A stretch of DNA of 64,000 nucleotides from Escherichia coli. Lineage in GTDB: Bacteria > Pseudomonadota > Gammaproteobacteria > Enterobacterales > Enterobacteriaceae. Where the stretch lies: assembly GCF_048403405.1 (NCBI RefSeq), contig NZ_CP183129.1; one strand, given 5' to 3'. The notes beneath the pieces are model-generated. The model did not search any database. It was not told the origin of the DNA and saw only the letters and a program-made list of their open reading frames with translations. Shown here piece after piece: positions 1-11,248 of this stretch. The translations under genes were made by a program, and so were the position numbers. Position 1 is the stretch's first letter, and each line of letters starts with the position of its first letter.

Positions 1-526
1 CATTTGGCACCGTGCCGTTACGAATACGGCGCATAAAACGGGCATCACGCAAGCGCAGCACCGGCATTAAACGCACCAGATGGCGTGCCTGATCGTTAAT
101 ATCCTCGACATCAATCGGATGTCCGTCTTTATCGAGAAAACTGCGCAGTGTCATCACGCTGCCGTCTTCCGCACTCTCCCCTTCCAGACGATAAAAAATA
201 CGGTGATAGCCATCGGTGCATGGCATCCAGCACGCTTCCAGCGGCCGATAGCGGCGAACCCGATGTCGGCCTGGCAGCGATTCGCGGAAGGTCAAAATAA
301 TATGCAGATGATGTTCCCGACCGTTGATATCTCCCGGCGGGAACCAGAAATCGTCGCGCTCAAAATGGTAGAGATCTGATTCTGGCGATAGCAGCAGAGT
401 TAAGGCGTCCAGCAAGCTGGATTTACCCCACGCGTTCTCCCCAATCAGGACGTTGTTTTGTTCCAGCATCAATGACAAACGATTGATACCGCGAAAACCC
501 ACAATTTCAACGCGCTCAAGAATCAT
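1..526 (-). CDS. ybjD: OLD-family ATP-dependent endonuclease-like protein YbjD (DUF2813), N-terminal part; gene continues beyond the window start
   Basis: Reverse-strand translation from ATG at 524-526 reads MILERVEIVGFRGIN... with a Walker-A-like GENAWGKSS; GGAGGGG Shine-Dalgarno just upstream; runs off the window edge so it is absent from the ORF track. Confidence 0.8.
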   Translation of the reverse strand, partial: MILERVEIVGFRGINRLSLMLEQNNVLIGENAWGKSSLLDALTLLLSPESDLYHFERDDFWFPPGDINGREHHLHIILTFRESLPGRHRVRRYRPLEACWMPCTDGYHRIFYRLEGESAEDGSVMTLRSFLDKDGHPIDVEDINDQARHLVRLMPVLRLRDARFMRRIRNGTVPN

Positions 527-951
527 ATCCCCTCCAGAAATATGTGACTTATCCTTTACGCTGGCAGTATAACGGGAAAGGCCATGCTAATACGTGATGA
601 CATCACATTTAAGCATGGCAAATGTCTGAAAAATGAGCGAATAATCGCGTTATACTCCCTCTTGCTGATAAGCCTGCAAAAACAACAAAATCAAATAATT
701 AGCATGATAAATTATTTTTTATTACGCCTAAAGGATTAAATCTTTCGCTTGCACTACACTGTCAATCAGACAAATGACTATATGGGGCAACCCGCTGTTG
801 CCCTAAATCAAATTTACTGGATTTATTTATCTGGCGAATGATTTGCCTTCGTTTTTAAAATAGCCGCGCATTATTTCCGTCGTCACTTTTTTACGACGAC
901 CCTATAAAACGACCATATTTTTCACAGGGTCAATTTTTAATTGAGGTGGAT

Positions 952-1647
952 ATGTTCAGAAAATTAGCAGCTGAATGTTTTGGTACTTTCTGGCTTGTTT
1001 TTGGTGGCTGTGGTAGTGCCGTACTGGCCGCAGGCTTCCCGGAATTAGGCATTGGTTTTGCCGGCGTGGCGCTGGCATTCGGTCTGACCGTTCTGACGAT
1101 GGCCTTTGCTGTTGGTCATATTTCTGGTGGTCATTTTAACCCGGCGGTCACTATTGGTTTATGGGCTGGCGGACGTTTCCCGGCAAAAGAAGTCGTTGGC
1201 TACGTAATTGCCCAGGTTGTCGGCGGTATTGTTGCGGCGGCGCTGCTGTATTTAATTGCCAGTGGTAAAACGGGTTTTGACGCGGCAGCCAGCGGTTTTG
1301 CTTCTAACGGTTATGGCGAGCATTCGCCAGGCGGTTATTCCATGCTTTCCGCACTGGTAGTTGAACTGGTATTGAGTGCAGGTTTCCTGCTGGTGATCCA
1401 CGGCGCAACCGACAAATACGCTCCGGCAGGTTTTGCACCGATCGCTATTGGTCTGGCCTTAACCCTGATTCACTTAATCAGTATTCCGGTGACTAACACT
1501 TCTGTTAACCCGGCGCGCAGCACCGCGGTTGCTATCTTCCAGGGCGGCTGGGCATTAGAACAACTGTGGTTCTTCTGGGTGGTGCCAATTGTCGGCGGTA
1601 TTATCGGTGGTCTGATTTACCGGACTCTACTGGAAAAGCGTAATTAA
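952..1647 (+). CDS. aqpZ: aquaporin Z (water channel, MIP family)
   Basis: Translation [19 protein letters not shown]... contains both NPA motifs (HFNPAVT, NPARS); 231 aa from ATG 952 with GAGG RBS; track ORF 946 starts at an upstream GTG. Confidence 0.95.
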   Translation: MFRKLAAECFGTFWLVFGGCGSAVLAAGFPELGIGFAGVALAFGLTVLTMAFAVGHISGGHFNPAVTIGLWAGGRFPAKEVVGYVIAQVVGGIVAAALLYLIASGKTGFDAAASGFASNGYGEHSPGGYSMLSALVVELVLSAGFLLVIHGATDKYAPAGFAPIAIGLALTLIHLISIPVTNTSVNPARSTAVAIFQGGWALEQLWFFWVVPIVGGIIGGLIYRTLLEKRN

Positions 1648-1657
1648 TTAACGCAGA

Positions 1658-1686
1658 AGGCCTGGCGCAATGTCAGGCCTTTTTTA
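1658..1686 (+). terminator. rho-independent terminator of aqpZ
   Basis: Hairpin aggcctg / caggcct followed by ttttt, 10 nt after the aqpZ stop. Confidence 0.7.
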
Positions 1687-1740
1687 AATATATTGATTCA
1701 TCTTCCTGTTGCGCTCCTTGATGTGTTAAGCCACATATAG

Positions 1741-1935
1741 TCACTGGCGCAGGGAGCGCGCAGGGGGCGGCCAATCGCCGCCGCCCCCTGCACCCCCAGG
1801 CTCTGGCGAACAAAATCGCCGCTGCGCGGTGCCCTCGACTTATCCCTTACGGCTACCGGGTCGGGCGCGAGGTAACATCCCTGTAAAACGCGCCCTCAGC
1901 CCACATCCATGTGGGCTGCCCCGGCCTTCAGGGAA
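1741..1935. repeat. cluster of GC-rich extragenic palindromic units (REP/BIME-like family not assignable)
   Basis: Perfect 10-bp inverted repeats cagggggcgg/ccgccccctg (1771-1800) and cagcccacat/atgtgggctg (1898-1919) plus further GC-rich dyads in a non-coding aqpZ-lysO spacer. Confidence 0.4.
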
Positions 1936-2130
1936 CGCCTCGGCGATTTTGACGCCACCAACACCGGTGCGGTTTGTAATTAAAGCGCAAGAATATCTTT
2001 AAATGAAAATGAATACCCTACCGATCCTTATGCATAACATTTCCTTTTAATTGCAACTTTACTCGCCCTTCCGCTTTCAGTAGTGTGTCATCGCGCATTT
2101 CGACTTCATCTTTGCAAGGACTGGGTTTTC

Positions 2131-3030
2131 ATGTTTTCTGGGCTGTTAATCATTCTGGTTCCCCTGATTGTGGGTTACCTCATTCCTCTTCGCCAAAAAG
2201 CTGCATTAAGAGTTATTAATCAGCTATTAAGCTGGATGGTTTACCTTATTCTCTTTTTTATGGGTATCAGTCTGGCGTTTCTCGATAACCTCGCCAGTAA
2301 CCTGTTGGCGATTCTGCATTATTCTGCCGTCAGTATTACCGTTATTTTACTGTGTAATATTGCCGCCCTTATGTGGCTGGAGCGAGGCCTGCCATGGCGC
2401 AATCACCATCAGCAAGAAAAACTCCCGTCGCGTATTGCGATGGCGCTGGAGTCGCTAAAACTGTGCGGCGTAGTAGTGATTGGTTTTGCCATTGGCCTGA
2501 GTGGACTGGCTTTCTTACAACATGCGACCGAAGCCAGTGAATACACCTTAATTCTGCTACTTTTCCTCGTCGGTATTCAGTTGCGCAATAATGGCATGAC
2601 CTTAAAGCAGATTGTCCTTAATCGCCGGGGAATGATTGTCGCCGTGGTGGTGGTTGCCAGTTCATTAATTGGTGGTTTAATTAACGCCTTTATTCTTGAT
2701 CTTCCCATCAATACCGCGCTGGCAATGGCCTCTGGTTTCGGCTGGTATTCTCTTTCCGGTATTTTATTGACTGAATCTTTTGGTCCGGTAATCGGGAGCG
2801 CGGCGTTTTTTAATGATTTGGCCCGTGAGCTGATTGCTATTATGTTGATCCCCGGGCTGATTCGCCGCAGCCGCTCTACTGCACTGGGCTTATGCGGTGC
2901 CACATCAATGGATTTCACCCTGCCCGTTCTTCAACGTACTGGCGGGCTGGATATGGTCCCGGCGGCGATTGTTCACGGTTTTATTCTTAGTCTGTTAGTG
3001 CCGATCCTCATCGCCTTTTTCTCTGCATAA
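2131..3030 (+). CDS. lysO: lysine exporter LysO (YbjE)
   Basis: Track ORF 2083-3030; product from internal ATG 2131 (MFSGLLIILVPLIVGY...) is 299 aa, a multi-pass membrane protein matching YbjE/LysO. Confidence 0.85.
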   Translation: MFSGLLIILVPLIVGYLIPLRQKAALRVINQLLSWMVYLILFFMGISLAFLDNLASNLLAILHYSAVSITVILLCNIAALMWLERGLPWRNHHQQEKLPSRIAMALESLKLCGVVVIGFAIGLSGLAFLQHATEASEYTLILLLFLVGIQLRNNGMTLKQIVLNRRGMIVAVVVVASSLIGGLINAFILDLPINTALAMASGFGWYSLSGILLTESFGPVIGSAAFFNDLARELIAIMLIPGLIRRSRSTALGLCGATSMDFTLPVLQRTGGLDMVPAAIVHGFILSLLVPILIAFFSA

Positions 3031-3063
3031 TACCTCTCTGGCGGTAGATCCCTGCCGCCAAAA

Positions 3064-3077
3064 TTGCGCTAAATCAA
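3064..3077 (+). promoter_or_regulatory. putative FNR binding site in the hcp promoter
   Basis: ttgcg-ctaa-atcaa matches the FNR consensus TTGAT-N4-ATCAA (perfect right half-site) about 100 nt upstream of hcp, an anaerobically induced gene. Confidence 0.4.
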
Positions 3078-3135
3078 TCTCCCTTAAAGTTGCACAAAAA
3101 ATCCCTTTTATCCCCGCGTTAAGCGTCTTAACCTT

Positions 3136-3158
3136 AAACATGCATATTAAATATAACT
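3136..3158 (+). promoter_or_regulatory. putative NsrR-type operator overlapping the hcp core promoter
   Basis: AT-rich imperfect dyad aacatgcatattaaatataactt containing an ATGCAT half-site, as expected for NsrR-repressed hcp. Confidence 0.3.
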
Positions 3159-3173
3159 TTAAAAGGTGTGATC

Positions 3174-4826
3174 ATGTTTTGTGTGCAATGTGAACAAACT
3201 ATCCGTACTCCGGCAGGAAACGGCTGCTCATACGCGCAGGGGATGTGTGGTAAAACGGCGGAAACCTCTGACCTTCAGGATTTACTCATCGCGGCGCTGC
3301 AAGGGCTTTCGGCCTGGGCGGTAAAAGCGCGTGAATACGGCATCATCAACCACGATGTAGACAGCTTTGCGCCACGCGCATTTTTCTCAACCCTGACCAA
3401 CGTTAACTTCGATTCTCCGCGTATAGTCGGCTACGCTCGTGAAGCGATTGCCCTGCGCGAGGCGCTGAAAGCACAATGCCTGGCTGTAGATGCCAACGCC
3501 CGCGTCGATAACCCGATGGCTGACCTGCAACTGGTGAGCGATGATCTCGGCGAGCTGCAACGTCAGGCAGCAGAATTTACCCCTAACAAAGATAAAGCGG
3601 CGATTGGCGAAAACATTCTCGGCCTGCGCCTGCTGTGCCTGTATGGCCTGAAAGGTGCGGCGGCCTATATGGAACACGCACACGTTCTCGGTCAATACGA
3701 CAATGATATTTACGCCCAGTACCATAAAATCATGGCGTGGCTGGGGACCTGGCCTGCCGATATGAACGCGCTTCTTGAGTGTTCAATGGAAATCGGCCAG
3801 ATGAACTTCAAAGTGATGAGCATTCTGGATGCAGGCGAAACCAGTAAATACGGTCACCCGACGCCAACCCAGGTCAACGTCAAAGCGACGGCGGGTAAAT
3901 GCATTCTGATTTCCGGTCACGATCTCAAAGATCTCTACAACCTGCTGGAACAGACCGAAGGCACGGGCGTTAATGTCTACACCCACGGCGAAATGCTGCC
4001 TGCGCATGGCTACCCGGAGCTGCGTAAATTCAAGCATCTGGTCGGTAACTACGGCAGCGGCTGGCAGAATCAGCAAGTGGAGTTCGCTCGTTTCCCTGGC
4101 CCCATCGTGATGACCTCGAACTGCATCATCGACCCAACCGTAGGCGCTTATGACGATCGTATCTGGACCCGCAGCATCGTTGGCTGGCCGGGTGTGCGTC
4201 ATCTGGATGGCGAAGATTTCTCTGCGGTCATCGCCCAGGCGCAACAAATGGCGGGCTTCCCGTACAGCGAAATTCCGCACCTGATCACCGTGGGCTTTGG
4301 TCGTCAAACGCTGCTTGGCGCAGCCGATACGCTGATTGATCTGGTAAGCCGTGAAAAACTGCGTCATATCTTCCTGCTTGGCGGCTGTGACGGCGCACGC
4401 GGCGAGCGTCACTACTTCACCGATTTCGCCACCAGCGTGCCGGATGACTGTCTGATCCTGACTCTCGCCTGTGGTAAATATCGCTTTAACAAACTCGAGT
4501 TTGGCGATATCGAAGGTCTGCCGCGTCTGGTAGATGCTGGTCAGTGTAACGATGCTTACTCAGCGATTATTCTGGCGGTAACGCTGGCAGAGAAACTGGG
4601 CTGCGGAGTCAACGATCTGCCGCTGTCGCTGGTGCTCTCGTGGTTTGAACAGAAAGCGATTGTCATTCTGCTGACACTGCTTTCTCTGGGTGTGAAAAAT
4701 ATCGTCACCGGCCCGACTGCACCAGGTTTCCTGACACCAGATCTGCTGGCGGTGCTGAACGAGAAATTCGGCCTGCGTTCTATCACCACTGTTGAAGAAG
4801 ACATGAAGCAACTGTTGAGCGCGTAA
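3174..4826 (+). CDS. hcp: hybrid cluster protein / hydroxylamine reductase
   Basis: Translation [28 protein letters not shown]... with N-terminal Cys cluster; 550 aa from ATG 3174. Confidence 0.95.
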   Translation: MFCVQCEQTIRTPAGNGCSYAQGMCGKTAETSDLQDLLIAALQGLSAWAVKAREYGIINHDVDSFAPRAFFSTLTNVNFDSPRIVGYAREAIALREALKAQCLAVDANARVDNPMADLQLVSDDLGELQRQAAEFTPNKDKAAIGENILGLRLLCLYGLKGAAAYMEHAHVLGQYDNDIYAQYHKIMAWLGTWPADMNALLECSMEIGQMNFKVMSILDAGETSKYGHPTPTQVNVKATAGKCILISGHDLKDLYNLLEQTEGTGVNVYTHGEMLPAHGYPELRKFKHLVGNYGSGWQNQQVEFARFPGPIVMTSNCIIDPTVGAYDDRIWTRSIVGWPGVRHLDGEDFSAVIAQAQQMAGFPYSEIPHLITVGFGRQTLLGAADTLIDLVSREKLRHIFLLGGCDGARGERHYFTDFATSVPDDCLILTLACGKYRFNKLEFGDIEGLPRLVDAGQCNDAYSAIILAVTLAEKLGCGVNDLPLSLVLSWFEQKAIVILLTLLSLGVKNIVTGPTAPGFLTPDLLAVLNEKFGLRSITTVEEDMKQLLSA

Positions 4827-4837
4827 GGAGTTTGTCG

Positions 4838-5806
4838 ATGACGATGCCAACGAATCAATGCCCGTGGCGGATGCAGGTTCATCACATTACGCAAGAAACG
4901 CCGGATGTGTGGACGATTTCCCTGATTTGCCACGATTACTACCCATATCGCGCCGGGCAATATGCACTGGTCAGCGTGCGTAACTCAGCGGAAACGCTGC
5001 GTGCTTACACCATTTCCTCCACGCCAGGCGTGAGTGAATACATCACCCTGACTGTGCGGCGGATTGATGACGGTGTCGGCTCCCAGTGGCTGACGCGCGA
5101 TGTAAAACGCGGTGATTATCTCTGGCTTTCGGACGCGATGGGGGAATTTACCTGCGATGATAAAGCAGAAGATAAATTCCTGTTGCTGGCGGCAGGCTGC
5201 GGCGTCACGCCGATTATGTCGATGCGTCGCTGGCTGGCGAAGAACCGTCCGCAGGCCGATGTGCAGGTGATCTACAACGTGCGTACGCCGCAGGATGTGA
5301 TTTTCGCCGATGAGTGGCGTAACTATCCGGTAACGCTGGTGGCGGAAAATAACGTTACCGAAGGCTTTATCGCTGGTCGTCTCACTCGCGAACTGCTGGC
5401 AGGTGTCCCTGATTTAGCCTCACGTACCGTGATGACCTGTGGCCCTGCTCCATATATGGATTGGGTAGAGCAGGAAGTGAAAGCGCTCGGCGTGACGCGT
5501 TTCTTTAAAGAGAAATTCTTCACCCCAGTAGCGGAAGCGGCGACCAGCGGTCTGAAATTCACCAAACTGCAACCGGCACGAGAATTTTACGCCCCGGTTG
5601 GCACCACGCTACTGGAGGCGCTGGAAAGCAATAACGTTCCGGTTGTCGCCGCCTGCCGCGCAGGTGTTTGCGGCTGCTGTAAGACGAAAGTGGTTTCCGG
5701 TGAATATACGGTGAGCAGCACAATGACGCTGACCGACGCCGAAATCGCTGAAGGTTACGTACTGGCCTGCTCCTGCCATCCGCAGGGGGATTTGGTTCTC
5801 GCATAA
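4838..5806 (+). CDS. hcr: NADH oxidoreductase for Hcp (FAD/2Fe-2S)
   Basis: Translation MTMPTNQCPWRMQVHH... with C-terminal CRAGVCGCCK ferredoxin motif; AGGAG RBS 7 nt upstream of ATG 4838; track start 4832 is a TTG two codons upstream. Confidence 0.93.
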   Translation: MTMPTNQCPWRMQVHHITQETPDVWTISLICHDYYPYRAGQYALVSVRNSAETLRAYTISSTPGVSEYITLTVRRIDDGVGSQWLTRDVKRGDYLWLSDAMGEFTCDDKAEDKFLLLAAGCGVTPIMSMRRWLAKNRPQADVQVIYNVRTPQDVIFADEWRNYPVTLVAENNVTEGFIAGRLTRELLAGVPDLASRTVMTCGPAPYMDWVEQEVKALGVTRFFKEKFFTPVAEAATSGLKFTKLQPAREFYAPVGTTLLEALESNNVPVVAACRAGVCGCCKTKVVSGEYTVSSTMTLTDAEIAEGYVLACSCHPQGDLVLA

Positions 5807-5815
5807 TCGCCTGAT

Positions 5816-5847
5816 GCCCGATGATATTCCTTTCATCGGGCTATTTA
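5816..5847 (+). terminator. rho-independent terminator of the hcp-hcr operon
   Basis: Hairpin gcccgatga / tcatcgggc followed by tattt directly after the hcr stop. Confidence 0.6.
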
Positions 5848-5938
5848 ACCGTTAGTGCCTCCTTTTTCTCCCATCCCTTCCCCCTCCGTCAGATGAACTA
5901 AACTTGTTACCGTTATCACATTCAGGAGATGGAGAACC

Positions 5939-7657
5939 ATGAAACAAACGGTTGCAGCTTATATCGCCAAAACACTCGAATCGGCAGGCGTGAAACGCAT
6001 CTGGGGAGTCACGGGCGACTCTCTGAACGGTCTTAGCGACAGTCTTAATCGCATGGGCACCATCGAGTGGATGTCCACCCGCCATGAAGAAGTGGCGGCC
6101 TTTGCCGCTGGTGCTGAAGCACAACTTTCAGGAGAACTGGCGGTCTGTGCCGGATCGTGCGGCCCCGGCAACCTGCACTTAATCAACGGCCTGTTCGATT
6201 GCCACCGCAATCACGTTCCGGTACTGGCGATTGCCGCTCATATTCCCTCCAGCGAAATTGGCAGCGGCTATTTCCAGGAAACCCACCCACAAGAGTTATT
6301 CCGCGAATGTAGTCACTATTGCGAGCTGGTTTCCAGCCCGGAGCAAATCCCACAAGTGCTGGCGATTGCCATGCGCAAAGCGGTGCTAAACCGTGGCGTT
6401 TCCGTTGTCGTGTTACCGGGCGACGTGGCGTTAAAACCTGCGCCAGAAGGGGCAACCTCGCACTGGTATCATGCGCCACAGCCTGTCGTGACGCCGGAAG
6501 AAGAAGAGTTACGCAAACTGGCGCAACTGCTGCGTTATTCCAGCAATATCGCTCTGATGTGTGGCAGCGGCTGCGCGGGGGCGCATAAAGAGTTAGTTGA
6601 GTTTGCCGGGAAAATTAAAGCGCCTATTGTTCATGCCCTACGCGGTAAAGAACATGTCGAATACGATAATCCGTATGATGTTGGAATGACCGGGTTAATC
6701 GGCTTCTCGTCAGGTTTCCATACCATGATGAATGCCGATACGTTAGTGCTGCTCGGCACGCAATTTCCCTACCGCGCGTTCTACCCGACCGATGCCAAAA
6801 TTATTCAGATTGATATCAACCCAGCCAGCATCGGCGCGCATAGCAAGGTAGATATGGCGCTGGTCGGCGATATCAAATCAACCCTGCGGGCATTGCTGCC
6901 ACTGGTGGAAGAAAAAAACGATCGCAAGTTTCTGGATAAAGCGCTGGAAGATTACCGCGACGCCCGCAAAGGGCTGGATGATTTAGCTAAACCGAGCGAG
7001 AAAGCCATTCATCCGCAATATCTGGCGCAGCAAATTAGTCATTTTGCCGCCGATGACGCTATTTTCACCTGTGACGTTGGTACGCCAACAGTATGGGCAG
7101 CGCGTTATCTGAAAATGAACGGCAAGCGTCGCCTGTTAGGTTCGTTTAACCACGGTTCGATGGCTAACGCCATGCCGCAGGCGTTGGGTGCGCAGGCAAC
7201 CGAGCCGGAACGTCAGGTGGTCGCCATGTGCGGCGATGGCGGTTTTAGCATGTTGATGGGCGATTTCCTCTCAGTAGTGCAGATGAAACTGCCGGTGAAA
7301 ATTATCGTCTTTAATAACAGCGTGCTGGGCTTTGTGGCGATGGAGATGAAAGCCGGTGGCTATTTGACTGACGGCACCGAACTACACGACACAAACTTTG
7401 CCCGCATTGCCGAAGCGTGCGGCATTACGGGTATCCGTGTAGAAAAAGCGTCTGAAGTTGATGAAGCCCTGCAACGCGCCTTCTCCATCGACGGTCCGGT
7501 GCTGGTGGATGTGGTGGTCGCCAAAGAAGAATTAGCCATTCCACCGCAGATCAAACTCGAACAGGCCAAAGGTTTCAGCCTGTATATGCTGCGCGCAATC
7601 ATCAGCGGACGCGGCGATGAAGTGATCGAACTGGCGAAAACAAACTGGCTAAGGTAA
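5939..7657 (+). CDS. poxB: pyruvate oxidase (ubiquinone-dependent, ThDP/FAD)
   Basis: 572-aa translation [32 protein letters not shown]... with ThDP motif GDGGFSML. Confidence 0.96.
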   Translation: MKQTVAAYIAKTLESAGVKRIWGVTGDSLNGLSDSLNRMGTIEWMSTRHEEVAAFAAGAEAQLSGELAVCAGSCGPGNLHLINGLFDCHRNHVPVLAIAAHIPSSEIGSGYFQETHPQELFRECSHYCELVSSPEQIPQVLAIAMRKAVLNRGVSVVVLPGDVALKPAPEGATSHWYHAPQPVVTPEEEELRKLAQLLRYSSNIALMCGSGCAGAHKELVEFAGKIKAPIVHALRGKEHVEYDNPYDVGMTGLIGFSSGFHTMMNADTLVLLGTQFPYRAFYPTDAKIIQIDINPASIGAHSKVDMALVGDIKSTLRALLPLVEEKNDRKFLDKALEDYRDARKGLDDLAKPSEKAIHPQYLAQQISHFAADDAIFTCDVGTPTVWAARYLKMNGKRRLLGSFNHGSMANAMPQALGAQATEPERQVVAMCGDGGFSMLMGDFLSVVQMKLPVKIIVFNNSVLGFVAMEMKAGGYLTDGTELHDTNFARIAEACGITGIRVEKASEVDEALQRAFSIDGPVLVDVVVAKEELAIPPQIKLEQAKGFSLYMLRAIISGRGDEVIELAKTNWLR

Positions 7658-7693
7658 AAAGGGTGGCATTTCCCGTCATAATAAGGACATGCC

Positions 7694-8695
7694 ATGATTG
7701 ATTTACGCAGTGATACCGTTACCCGACCGAGCCGCGCCATGCTCGAAGCGATGATGGCCGCCCCGGTTGGGGACGACGTTTACGGAGACGACCCTACCGT
7801 TAATGCTCTGCAGGACTATGCAGCAGAGCTTTCCGGTAAAGAAGCCGCCATTTTTCTGCCTACCGGCACTCAGGCCAACCTGGTCGCTCTGCTCAGTCAC
7901 TGTGAACGCGGCGAAGAGTATATTGTCGGTCAGGCCGCGCATAACTATCTGTTTGAAGCCGGTGGCGCGGCGGTGCTGGGCAGTATTCAACCGCAACCCA
8001 TCGACGCGGCTGCCGACGGCACGCTACCGCTGGATAAAGTGGCGATGAAAATCAAACCCGACGATATCCATTTCGCCCGCACCAAATTACTCAGTCTGGA
8101 AAACACCCACAACGGCAAAGTGCTGCCGCGGGAATACCTGAAAGAAGCATGGGAATTTACTCGCGAGCGCAATCTGGCGCTGCATGTTGACGGTGCGCGC
8201 ATCTTTAATGCCGTGGTGGCTTACGGCTGCGAACTGAAAGAGATCACGCAATATTGTGATTCGTTCACCATTTGCCTGTCGAAAGGACTTGGGACGCCAG
8301 TCGGCTCGTTACTGGTCGGTAATCGTGATTACATTAAACGTGCCATCCGCTGGCGGAAAATGACAGGTGGCGGGATGCGCCAGTCCGGCATTCTGGCTGC
8401 CGCCGGGATGTATGCCCTGAAAAATAACGTCGCGCGCTTACAGGAAGACCACGACAACGCCGCCTGGATGGCGGAGCAGTTGCGTGAAGCAGGCGCGGAT
8501 GTGATGCGTCAGGACACCAATATGCTGTTTGTTCGCGTCGGGGAAGAAAATGCTGCCGCGTTAGGCGAATACATGAAAGCGAGAAACGTGCTGATTAACG
8601 CCTCGCCGATTGTCCGCCTGGTGACGCATCTTGACGTCTCGCGCGCTCAGCTGGCGGAAGTCGCCGCCCACTGGCGCGCATTCCTGGCGCGTTAA
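7694..8695 (+). CDS. ltaE: low-specificity L-threonine aldolase
   Basis: 333-aa translation [20 protein letters not shown]..., PLP-dependent aldolase family. Confidence 0.95.
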   Translation: MIDLRSDTVTRPSRAMLEAMMAAPVGDDVYGDDPTVNALQDYAAELSGKEAAIFLPTGTQANLVALLSHCERGEEYIVGQAAHNYLFEAGGAAVLGSIQPQPIDAAADGTLPLDKVAMKIKPDDIHFARTKLLSLENTHNGKVLPREYLKEAWEFTRERNLALHVDGARIFNAVVAYGCELKEITQYCDSFTICLSKGLGTPVGSLLVGNRDYIKRAIRWRKMTGGGMRQSGILAAAGMYALKNNVARLQEDHDNAAWMAEQLREAGADVMRQDTNMLFVRVGEENAAALGEYMKARNVLINASPIVRLVTHLDVSRAQLAEVAAHWRAFLAR

Positions 8696-8705
8696 GGAGG
8701 GAGAC

Positions 8706-10136
8706 GTGCCGCAACGCATTTTAGTTCTCGGTGCCAGTGGCTACATTGGTCAGCATCTGGTGCGAACACTCAGCCAGCAGGGGCATCAGATCCTGGCGGC
8801 GGCACGTCATGTCGACAGGCTTGCAAAGCTGCAACTGGCAAATGTCAGTTGCCATAAAGTCGATCTCAGCTGGCCGGATAACCTTCCGGCCCTGTTGCAG
8901 GATATCGATACGGTCTATTTTCTGGTGCACAGCATGGGCGAAGGCGGCGATTTTATCGCTCAGGAGCGCCAGGTGGCTCTCAACGTCCGCGATGCGCTAC
9001 GTGAAGTCCCAGTTAAGCAATTAATCTTTCTCAGTTCGTTGCAGGCCCCGCCACATGAGCAGTCGGACCATCTGCGTGCCCGTCAGGCTACGGCGGACAT
9101 TCTTCGTGAAGCGAATGTACCAGTGACCGAACTGCGGGCCGGAATTATCGTTGGCGCAGGTTCAGCGGCGTTCGAAGTCATGCGCGATATGGTCTACAAC
9201 CTGCCAGTGTTAACGCCGCCACGCTGGGTACGTTCACGCACCACGCCCATCGCGCTGGAAAACTTGCTGCACTATCTGGTGGCGCTGTTAGATCATCCGG
9301 CCAGCGAACATCGCATCTTCGAAGCCGCCGGACCAGAAGTGCTCAGTTATCAGCAACAGTTTGAACATTTTATGGCGGTGAGCGGTAAGCGCCGCTGGTT
9401 GATCCCCATCCCCTTTCCGACCCGCTGGATTTCGGTGTGGTTTCTCAATGTGATTACTTCCGTACCGCCCACCACCGCCAAAGCGTTGATTCAGGGGCTG
9501 AAACATGATCTGCTGGCGGATGACACCGCGCTACGTGCACTCATCCCACAACGGCTGATCGCTTTCGATGACGCGGTACGTCGCACCCTGAAAGAGGAAG
9601 AAAAGCTGGTCAACTCCAGCGACTGGGGCTACGACGCTCAGGCCTTTGCCCGCTGGCGACCGGAGTACGGTTATTTCGCCAAACAGGCGGGGTTTACCGT
9701 TAAAACGTCCGCCAGCCTTGCGGCTTTATGGCAGGTGGTGAATCAAATCGGCGGTAAAGAGCGTTATTTCTTTGGCAATATTTTGTGGCAAACCCGGGCG
9801 TTGATGGACCGCGCGATCGGTCATAAGCTGGCGAAAGGCCGCCCGATGCGTGAATATTTGCAGACCGGCGATGCGGTGGATAGCTGGAAAGTGATTGTCG
9901 TTGAACCGGAAAAACAACTTACGCTGTTATTTGGCATGAAAGCGCCGGGGCTGGGACGACTGTGTTTTACCCTGGAAGATAAAGGCGACTATCGTACTAT
10001 CGATGTTCGCGCATTCTGGCATCCGCACGGTATGCCGGGGCTGTTTTACTGGTTATTGATGATCCCCGCGCATCTGTTTATTTTTCGCGGAATGGCAAAA
10101 CGAATCGCCAGACTGGCAGAAAAAAGCACAGATTAA
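8706..10136 (+). CDS. ybjT: putative NAD(P)-binding Rossmann-fold oxidoreductase YbjT
   Basis: From GTG 8706 ([19 protein letters not shown]..., GxxGxxG) with AAGGAGGGA RBS; 476 aa; track ORF 8631 extends upstream into ltaE. Confidence 0.85.
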   Translation: MPQRILVLGASGYIGQHLVRTLSQQGHQILAAARHVDRLAKLQLANVSCHKVDLSWPDNLPALLQDIDTVYFLVHSMGEGGDFIAQERQVALNVRDALREVPVKQLIFLSSLQAPPHEQSDHLRARQATADILREANVPVTELRAGIIVGAGSAAFEVMRDMVYNLPVLTPPRWVRSRTTPIALENLLHYLVALLDHPASEHRIFEAAGPEVLSYQQQFEHFMAVSGKRRWLIPIPFPTRWISVWFLNVITSVPPTTAKALIQGLKHDLLADDTALRALIPQRLIAFDDAVRRTLKEEEKLVNSSDWGYDAQAFARWRPEYGYFAKQAGFTVKTSASLAALWQVVNQIGGKERYFFGNILWQTRALMDRAIGHKLAKGRPMREYLQTGDAVDSWKVIVVEPEKQLTLLFGMKAPGLGRLCFTLEDKGDYRTIDVRAFWHPHGMPGLFYWLLMIPAHLFIFRGMAKRIARLAEKSTD

Positions 10137-10234
10137 TCGACAAAACCTGCGTTATTCTTTCATGTTTCCCATTGCATCATGGGGGAAATCACGGAAGAAT
10201 GCGCACGTCATTTTCTCAACAACAGTGGATTGAT

Positions 10235-11248
10235 ATGAAGGTACTGGTTACCGGCGCCACCAGCGGCTTAGGTCGAAACGCGGTAGAGTTTTTATGCCAG
10301 AAAGGCATCAGCGTGCGAGCGACCGGTCGCAACGAGGCAATGGGTAAATTGCTGGAAAAAATGGGCGCAGAGTTTGTTCCGGCGGATCTGACCGAGCTGG
10401 TCTCATCACAAGCTAAAGTGATGCTCGCGGGCATTGATACGCTGTGGCACTGCTCCAGCTTTACCTCGCCCTGGGGGACACAACAGGCTTTCGATCTGGC
10501 TAACGTTCGCGCCACTCGCCGCCTGGGTGAATGGGCTGTCGCCTGGGGTGTGCGTAACTTTATTCATATCTCTTCACCCTCCCTGTACTTCGATTATCAC
10601 CACCATCGCGATATTAAAGAAGATTTTCGCCCTCACCGCTTCGCCAACGAGTTTGCCCGCAGCAAAGCAGCCAGCGAAGAGGTGATCAATATGCTTTCGC
10701 AGGCGAATCCACAAACGCGCTTTACTATTCTGCGCCCACAAAGTCTGTTCGGACCGCACGATAAAGTCTTTATCCCCCGTCTGGCGCATATGATGCACCA
10801 CTATGGCAGCATTCTGTTACCGCATGGCGGCAGTGCGCTGGTCGATATGACCTACTATGAAAATGCCGTGCACGCCATGTGGCTGGCAAGCCAGGAAGCC
10901 TGCGATAAGCTACCTTCCGGGCGTGTGTACAACATCACCAACGGCGAACATCGCACACTGCGCAGCATCGTGCAGAAGCTGATCGACGAGTTGAATATTG
11001 ACTGTCGTATTCGTTCCGTCCCCTACCCAATGCTGGATATGATCGCCCGCAGCATGGAGCGTTTAGGTCGCAAGTCAGCTAAAGAGCCGCCGCTAACCCA
11101 CTACGGCGTCTCCAAGTTGAATTTTGACTTTACGCTGGATATTACGCGCGCGCAGGAAGAGCTAGGTTATCAGCCAGTCCTTACCCTGGATGAAGGTATC
11201 GAGAAAACTGCCGCCTGGCTGCGCGACCACGGAAAACTGCCGCGCTAA
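10235..11248 (+). CDS. ybjS: putative NAD-dependent epimerase/dehydratase YbjS
   Basis: From ATG 10235 ([20 protein letters not shown]...), 337 aa, SDR-type Rossmann motif. Confidence 0.88.
   Translation: MKVLVTGATSGLGRNAVEFLCQKGISVRATGRNEAMGKLLEKMGAEFVPADLTELVSSQAKVMLAGIDTLWHCSSFTSPWGTQQAFDLANVRATRRLGEWAVAWGVRNFIHISSPSLYFDYHHHRDIKEDFRPHRFANEFARSKAASEEVINMLSQANPQTRFTILRPQSLFGPHDKVFIPRLAHMMHHYGSILLPHGGSALVDMTYYENAVHAMWLASQEACDKLPSGRVYNITNGEHRTLRSIVQKLIDELNIDCRIRSVPYPMLDMIARSMERLGRKSAKEPPLTHYGVSKLNFDFTLDITRAQEELGYQPVLTLDEGIEKTAAWLRDHGKLPR

Noticed and set aside
80-379. 99-aa plus-strand ORF at the window start
   Set aside because: Lies entirely antisense within ybjD (1-526, minus strand), whose translation matches a recognisable protein; no RBS.
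3783-4412. 209-aa minus-strand ORF (also 3387-3725, 4556-4960)
   Set aside because: Antisense within hcp, whose sense-strand product is a clear full-length match; typical GC-rich antisense artefact.
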